Positions 58,624 through 64,000 of a stretch of DNA of 64,000 nucleotides are shown one piece after another. Origin of the DNA: a virus; the IMG/VR virus record IMGVR_UViG_3300006735_000001, positions 49,578-113,577 of that record. One strand, given 5' to 3'. Under the pieces are notes generated by a model that was not told where the DNA came from, did no database searches, and was given only the letters and a program-made list of their open reading frames with translations. How positions within the stretch are numbered: position 1 is the first letter of the stretch; every line of letters begins with the position of its first letter. The translations under genes were made by a program, and so were the position numbers.

Positions 58624-60861
58624 TTATGGTGAAGGTGGTGAACAAGCAGCTGTTATACTACTTTCAATTACAGATGGTGATGCACTAGCATTCCATGCAG
58701 CTCCTGTAGCTGTTGCAAGATCACGCCATACATAAACTCTATCAGAAGCTGATCCACCTGGAGGCATATAAAATAAATTTACTCCAGCACCTAATACAAA
58801 TACTTTAACACCTTGAACATTTGCTAAATTTCCTATTGCTTGTACTTGGCTAACATCTGTTAATGTGAATGCGTCATCATTACCACTTGGAAGACCATCA
58901 GTTATTAAAATAACATATTTTGCAACATTAGCTCTAAATACATTAAGGAATCCACCTGACAATACTTGTGCTAATGCCATATCTGTTGGATCTGGACCAT
59001 TATTACCACCTCCTAAAGGTACACCTGCTGTAGGATTTCCTGAATTAAGTTTGTTAATTTGAGTTGTTGCTGATGATCCATTATTATCTGCAAACTTTTC
59101 CCATGCAGTAATAAATTGCGTATTACCTACACCTTGATTAACAATTTTTTGAGTAGCTCCTAAAGCTACATAATCAGATGAAGTATTATATGTTGGTACT
59201 TGATTTACTCCAGCTGTCTCATCAGAAGTTACTATACCAATTCTATAATTGTTACCACCTTGAACTTGACTAGATATTGTACTTACTAGTGATGCAAAGC
59301 CTGTTTTAATTGCATTTATTTCAGAGCCCATTGTAGATGTATAGTCTAATATTAAAGCTACATCTAATCCAAGACCACAAGCTGATCCCGCTGATAATGT
59401 TTGGAATGCTACTGCTGAACAAGTTGAATTAGTTACACCATTTAATGTAACTGTAACTTGTACATTATAATTTGTATTAGGTGTTAAACCTGTAAAATTA
59501 TGAGTTACGGTTGCTGTTGGATTATTTATAGTTGTAGTCTTTTCTATAACATTTGTAGCTACATTAATTATATCTATTTTATATGTTGCTGCTGAACCTA
59601 ATAAATTTGCTAAACTTACTGTCAAACCTGTTGTTGTTATACTACTTATTATTGGAGTAGCACATGGTACTTTACCACCTATTGTATTTGTTTGTACATC
59701 ACTACATGTATCCACTCCATTGGTTACACCAAATTCAACTCTTACAGTTAAAGCACTTTGAGTATTTAATGAGCCTGTACTAAATGTTAATCCTGCTCCA
59801 TTATTTTGTTCTGATACAATACTAAATGTAGTAGTTAATGATACTCCACTTGTATCAGTTACAATAATTTTATTACCTCCTGTTACATCATTAAATGTTC
59901 CTGGTATACTTGAGCCTGAGAAATCAAATAATATTCCATTTATTAGTCCAGATGTATTTAATGTAGTTGAAGTACTATAAGCAAATGTAACAGATGAACA
60001 TCCTGATTCACAACAACTTGATTGTACATTAGCTAACGCTGTGTATAAGTCATCTATAACTACCCAAGCATTTTGAACACTTTGAGCAAGATTTAATGCA
60101 CTGTTATTCCATCCAGTTATTGATCCATATGATGTACTTGATGTTGTTAATGAGTTGCTACTACCAGTTATATCTGATTGAACTATTGCTAAATTTATTG
60201 CTGAAGGTAAACCTACGGCATCTCTTAAATTACAAAAAGCACTTTCTAGTGCTAATACTACTACAGATACATTAGTTAGATTTCCTACATTTACAATACA
60301 TGTAGGTACTATTTGTTTTTCTGCAACTGTTCCTGAACATGGTAATACACATGCTTCTAATACATCAAGTCTATTACTATAGCTTGTTAATGTTGCATTT
60401 ATAGTTTGTATGCTAGATAAATTAGTACATACTTGATTTGCTATAAGTGAAGCAAAATCATCTAAACGTAATTGAGTAACAGGATTTCCATTAGTATCAG
60501 TATACTCTAAACATGTAGGTAATGTCATTAATGGTAATTCTGCTCCAGGTGTTGGATCTACTGCTGATTGTGCATTTGCACAAATAGCCACTATCATATC
60601 ATTTAATACAGGAACTAAAGTTGTTGGATTTGTTCCGGGAATATTTAAACAATCTATATTTAACCCTACTAAACTTGGATTTGCTGTAACACCATTAGTA
60701 ATAATATCACACACCTTAGTACCTAATTTAGCCGTAACTTCACTTATTGTATCTCCGCTACATAAATTTATGCAGGAAATATCAGGACCTTGCCAAATTA
60801 CGCAATTAGAGGAAATGTTATCACAACCATTGGTAGAAGCACTTGAACTTGTTGGGATCAT
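58624..60861 (-). CDS. structural protein: Cys-rich N-terminus, FN3 and C-terminal vWA domains
   Basis: SSNCVIWQGPDISC; FTGLTPNTNYNVQV; DVALILDYTSTM..VILITDG..VKVFVLG. Confidence 0.7.
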   Translation of the reverse strand: MIPTSSSASTNGCDNISSNCVIWQGPDISCINLCSGDTISEVTAKLGTKVCDIITNGVTANPSLVGLNIDCLNIPGTNPTTLVPVLNDMIVAICANAQSAVDPTPGAELPLMTLPTCLEYTDTNGNPVTQLRLDDFASLIANQVCTNLSSIQTINATLTSYSNRLDVLEACVLPCSGTVAEKQIVPTCIVNVGNLTNVSVVVLALESAFCNLRDAVGLPSAINLAIVQSDITGSSNSLTTSSTSYGSITGWNNSALNLAQSVQNAWVVIDDLYTALANVQSSCCESGCSSVTFAYSTSTTLNTSGLINGILFDFSGSSIPGTFNDVTGGNKIIVTDTSGVSLTTTFSIVSEQNNGAGLTFSTGSLNTQSALTVRVEFGVTNGVDTCSDVQTNTIGGKVPCATPIISSITTTGLTVSLANLLGSAATYKIDIINVATNVIEKTTTINNPTATVTHNFTGLTPNTNYNVQVTVTLNGVTNSTCSAVAFQTLSAGSACGLGLDVALILDYTSTMGSEINAIKTGFASLVSTISSQVQGGNNYRIGIVTSDETAGVNQVPTYNTSSDYVALGATQKIVNQGVGNTQFITAWEKFADNNGSSATTQINKLNSGNPTAGVPLGGGNNGPDPTDMALAQVLSGGFLNVFRANVAKYVILITDGLPSGNDDAFTLTDVSQVQAIGNLANVQGVKVFVLGAGVNLFYMPPGGSASDRVYVWRDLATATGAAWNASASPSVIESSITAACSPPSP

Positions 60862-60902
60862 AAATATTTATTTTACTATAACGTTATGTTGTCTCAGTAT
60901 TA

Positions 60903-60922
60903 GTATATTAATAATATACAAA
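60903..60922 (-). promoter_or_regulatory. putative phage late promoter, copy 5
   Basis: TTTGTATATTATTAATATAC. Confidence 0.6.
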
Positions 60923-60967
60923 AATTTTTAAAACCAAACAAGAATAGTATAGTTTTAAAAATTTTTG
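60919..60967. repeat. perfect 16-bp inverted repeat with 17-nt spacer
   Basis: CAAAAATTTTTAAAAC ... GTTTTAAAAATTTTTG. Confidence 0.8.
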
Positions 60968-60990
60968 ATAAATATTTATGTAGTAAAATC

Positions 60991-61257
60991 TTATGCTGGA
61001 CTCAATACAGGTTCTTGCTCAACTTCTTTGACTTCACCTGTAGCTAAATCTATATTTACTTTACCATATTTCTCTTCAAGAGCTTTTGCATTTTCATTCC
61101 AAGTTTCTTGGATTGTTGAATGCTTGTCTAAAAGTTGATTTTTGACTACTTCAGTATTACCTATTTGAGCTAGTACATTACTAACTTCTTTTTGTAATTG
61201 ATTTAGAGTTTCTAATTCTTTTTTAGAAATCTTTTTTACTTTTTTTGACTTTGCCAT
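60991..61257 (-). CDS. small coiled-coil protein (possible fibre chaperone)
   Basis: LEEKYGKVNIDLATGE end; located downstream of fibre genes. Confidence 0.6.
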   Translation of the reverse strand: MAKSKKVKKISKKELETLNQLQKEVSNVLAQIGNTEVVKNQLLDKHSTIQETWNENAKALEEKYGKVNIDLATGEVKEVEQEPVLSPA

Positions 61258-61279
61258 TATTTTATATATTGATTTATAA

Positions 61280-61287
61280 CAAATATA
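61280..61287 (-). promoter_or_regulatory. Bacteroidota sigma-A -7 box
   Basis: TATATTTG about 23 nt upstream of the ATG at 61257. Confidence 0.4.
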
Positions 61288-61317
61288 TAAAAATTATTTA
61301 TTTCTAAAAAAATTTTA

Positions 61318-61821
61318 TTAATTTATTTCCTGTGCATCTTTTGTATATTCTCTATCTTCTTTTGGCTGAAATAAACCAGACATATGAAACAAACCATTCT
61401 TTTTCCATTTACCGTTCCATTGTTTACCGTACTTAGTCCACCTATCGTGTGCTTTAGCAAACTTCCAAACTTTTATTCCATTGTCTTTACCTTTAAATAT
61501 CTTATCATAAGTTTTGACCCAGTACATATCAAAAGGACCCATAGCTCTAGCCTGCAACATTAAATCTCTAGTTTTATCATTAGGTTTACCAGTTACACAT
61601 ATATCTATATCTGTTGTTGGCCAACCTTCAAGTATGCCACCAACCACATACAATTTATGATGTTGCCAATCTAGCTTTAATAATTCTTTTATGTAACTTT
61701 TATATATAGGATCTTCTAATCCATGCATCCAAGGTATAAATATAAAACCACCATTTACATTTTTTACTTCACCATCTTCAAATACGTTATAGTCTTCTTC
61801 TTTCCAAAAAGTTTTAAGCAT
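61318..61821 (-). CDS. minimal nucleotidyltransferase (pol-beta superfamily)-like protein
   Basis: LYVVGG..W.TTDIDICV and third acidic residue in PFDMYW. Confidence 0.55.
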   Translation of the reverse strand: MLKTFWKEEDYNVFEDGEVKNVNGGFIFIPWMHGLEDPIYKSYIKELLKLDWQHHKLYVVGGILEGWPTTDIDICVTGKPNDKTRDLMLQARAMGPFDMYWVKTYDKIFKGKDNGIKVWKFAKAHDRWTKYGKQWNGKWKKNGLFHMSGLFQPKEDREYTKDAQEIN

Positions 61822-61828
61822 AATTTTA

Positions 61829-62332
61829 TTACTTTGCTACGTTTAATTTATATGTAACTTCATCTTTACCATCTGAAATAGTTATATTTAATGTTCTTGA
61901 TTTACTGTTATACACTATAGAATGTACACTAGATAAATGACTATTGCCATTTTCGCCGTCACTGCCATTTACGCCAGCTGGACCTTGAGCTCCTGTAGAA
62001 CCTGTATTACCTTTTGGTCCTTGAGATCCAGTATCACCTTTAGCACCTTGTGAAGCTGCAGATGAAGAGTCTTTACCAAAAGCATCTTTTATAAAGGCGT
62101 GCAGTTCTTCTACATCAGCCCTTAAATCTTCAACTTGCTTTAGTAAAAATCTATTAACCTGATATAATCCATCATCATTAAATACATCACTAACATCTGT
62201 TAATGATGCTAAATCATCTGATATCTCTTTAGATACAGTTATTTCTCCATCACTACCTTTAGATGCAAGTTGTTTAGAACTACCCTCTTTGAATAGTTTT
62301 TTACCTCTTATGTTGTCGTTTAAATTTGCCAT
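61829..62332 (-). CDS. coiled-coil plus collagen-like (Gly-X-Y) structural protein
   Basis: GAKGDTGSQGPKGNTGSTGAQGPAGVNGSDGENG. Confidence 0.75.
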   Translation of the reverse strand: MANLNDNIRGKKLFKEGSSKQLASKGSDGEITVSKEISDDLASLTDVSDVFNDDGLYQVNRFLLKQVEDLRADVEELHAFIKDAFGKDSSSAASQGAKGDTGSQGPKGNTGSTGAQGPAGVNGSDGENGNSHLSSVHSIVYNSKSRTLNITISDGKDEVTYKLNVAK

Positions 62333-63999
62333 TATACTTTTGTAAATTCTATTATTATTGATGCACTAACACCTCTCCAATATTTACTACTTGCACTTTT
62401 TCTATAAGCAATCATTACTTTGTCACCTTTACTAAATGAAAGATTAGGTTCATATTCTATTGAACCACCACTAGCAGTTAAAGAACCAGAGGATTGTGTT
62501 GGAGTTTGAGTACTGTTTCTCCATATATCAAATATAGTTGTAAAACCGGTACTTAATGTACCTTTTGTATTTTGCATTCTAATTCTTTTTATAGTACCAT
62601 CAGCAGGACAATCAAAAGTATTATAGTATTGATTTGATGTTGTATCAGTTAAAGTGTTAAAAGGTATTCTAAACGCAGACGTTGAGCTAGTATCATCAGA
62701 AAAATTACTAAATAATACTGTTTGTGTAGTAGTACCACCAGCTGTTCCCCATTGAACACCTGAACCTGTAGATGTTAGTACTTGACCATTTGTACCTTGA
62801 GCACCGTTAATTTTAAAATTATCGGCATCCATTACACCTTGTACATTTACATTTGTAACATTACTTGCTGGTGCTCCAAAGTATACAGTGCCGCCGCTTG
62901 CACCTGTGTTGATAAAGGCTAAACCACCAGATTTAAACATATTTAAATAAGTAGTTCCACTATCTTGTAATGTTATATTACCTGCAAAAGTTGTGTTATT
63001 ATTTATATAAACGTTTCCACTCGCTGCTCCTATGTTTAAATCTTTTGATGAACCCGTATTAATAGAACCGTGTCCAGAACCAGTATTTGAAAATTGTAAG
63101 CTACCACTATTTTGTGTAATAGTTAAATCATCAGTAGTTTGTAAAGTTCCTTCTATAACAGTATTTGCAGAAACTTGAAAAGGATATGATGGAGTAGCAT
63201 CATTTATTCCTATATACCCATTGCTTCCTTGTATAAATATATAACCTGCACCACCTTGCATTCTTGTATCTGTATCATTACTATTTCCTAATGTTATATA
63301 ACTTTCAGTAGCTTCTCTAAAATCTATAAATTCATCTCCACCTGCATAATAAGTTTGTCTATCTGCTGAAAATACTATCTTTGTATCTGTATCTCCATTG
63401 TGATATATATTGTCATCTATATAAGCATCTCTTATAAACCCATCATCTACATATAAATCTTCCCAGCGTAATGATGCTGAACCAATATTGTGTGCATTTT
63501 CTGCTGAAGGTAAAACATCTCCTGCAAAAGTTGCGTTTCCTGAACTGTCTATGGTCATTCTTGTTGTAGCAGTAGTGTTGTTTGCAGCTGCAGTTGCAAA
63601 AATAATTTCTGAGCCACCATTTGCACCTTGTAAACCTATATGTGCGTGTGATTTATTAGCATCATTGAATGCCCCTGTATTAGGATTTCTTTGAGTATTA
63701 AATTGTAAATTAGTGCTATCAAAATCAATATAACCTCCACTATTTATTCTAATTACTTTTGAGCTTCCTGTCATATTTAAACTTCCACCCATATCAATAT
63801 CATCTCTAAATGTAGCTGAGCCACCATTTGACATATCTAAGGTTAATGCTACAATACCAGTTCCACCATCATTTCCATGAAATTTAATATCCTTATCTTG
63901 TATTGATGAGGTAATATTTAAATTACTACTTGCATTGTCAAATTTAGCATACTCAGTTCCATTTACTTTTAATCTAATATCATCTCCACCTGCATCTAA
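62332..63999 (-). CDS. tail fibre protein (5' truncated by the window end)
   Basis: Frame is open to the window end (LDAGGDDIRLK...); RMTIDSSGNATFAG, NIGSASLRW and GQVLTSTGSGVQW fibre motifs. Confidence 0.8.
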   Translation of the reverse strand, partial: LDAGGDDIRLKVNGTEYAKFDNASSNLNITSSIQDKDIKFHGNDGGTGIVALTLDMSNGGSATFRDDIDMGGSLNMTGSSKVIRINSGGYIDFDSTNLQFNTQRNPNTGAFNDANKSHAHIGLQGANGGSEIIFATAAANNTTATTRMTIDSSGNATFAGDVLPSAENAHNIGSASLRWEDLYVDDGFIRDAYIDDNIYHNGDTDTKIVFSADRQTYYAGGDEFIDFREATESYITLGNSNDTDTRMQGGAGYIFIQGSNGYIGINDATPSYPFQVSANTVIEGTLQTTDDLTITQNSGSLQFSNTGSGHGSINTGSSKDLNIGAASGNVYINNNTTFAGNITLQDSGTTYLNMFKSGGLAFINTGASGGTVYFGAPASNVTNVNVQGVMDADNFKINGAQGTNGQVLTSTGSGVQWGTAGGTTTQTVLFSNFSDDTSSTSAFRIPFNTLTDTTSNQYYNTFDCPADGTIKRIRMQNTKGTLSTGFTTIFDIWRNSTQTPTQSSGSLTASGGSIEYEPNLSFSKGDKVMIAYRKSASSKYWRGVSASIIIEFTKV

Positions 64000-64000
64000 A

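Larger units (their letters stand above)
1..64000. mobile_element. crAss-like (Crassvirales-type) bacteriophage genome segment, probable Bacteroidota/Flavobacteriia host
   Basis: Giant cargo proteins with a virion-RNAP DxDGD motif and zincins; IHF-like/ring/ring/muzzle gene order; holin and tail fibres; no bacterial housekeeping context; no SD motifs. Confidence 0.88.

Noticed and set aside
61940-62050. Gly-X-Y repeat as something unusual
   Set aside because: Short collagen-like repeats are ordinary in phage fibre loci
1013-63694. Numerous 60-140 aa ORFs antisense to, or nested in, long genes
   Set aside because: Shadow ORFs of strongly coding frames with no recognisable motifs
1-64000. Stop-codon reassignment as in some gut crAss-like phages
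   Set aside because: Giant ORFs are intact in code 11; nrdA ends at TAG after its conserved C-terminus, and TGA is used as a stop in coupled genes
1-64000. CRISPR array, tRNA genes, DGR (RT with TR/VR), integrase, capsid/portal/terminase
   Set aside because: None recognised by eye; intergenic space is minimal; head genes probably lie outside the window

Overview
This AT-rich window is a 64-kb piece of a crAss-like (Crassvirales-type) phage genome, probably a relative of aquatic Flavobacteriia phages. The host inference rests on a Flavobacterium-type class Id ribonucleotide reductase, TAnnTTTG promoter boxes and the absence of Shine-Dalgarno motifs. Most of the window is the minus-strand late region. 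Read right to left, it has tail fibre and vWA/FN3 structural genes, a metallophosphoesterase, and the crAss-type IHF-like/ring/ring/muzzle tail block. Next come three multi-module proteins of 2185, 848 and 842 aa, then three giant cargo proteins of 1116, 4769 and 1969 aa; the 4769-aa one carries the virion RNA polymerase motif. A five-gene envelope module, a holin, small basic proteins and fibre genes complete the region. nrdB-nrdA sits on the opposite strand, and a few plus-strand genes occupy the left edge. The most notable observation is a recurring K-[AMYF]-x-x-G-G motif that marks module boundaries in several virion-region proteins. One of these proteins also contains a permuted papain-like protease plus L,D-transpeptidase, lytic transglycosylase and zincin modules, suggesting a di-glycine-processed or di-glycine-tagged polyprotein system. 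Also notable are a phage-encoded outer-membrane beta-barrel operon and a five-copy phage late promoter motif. All calls come from motif recognition by eye; no searches were run.
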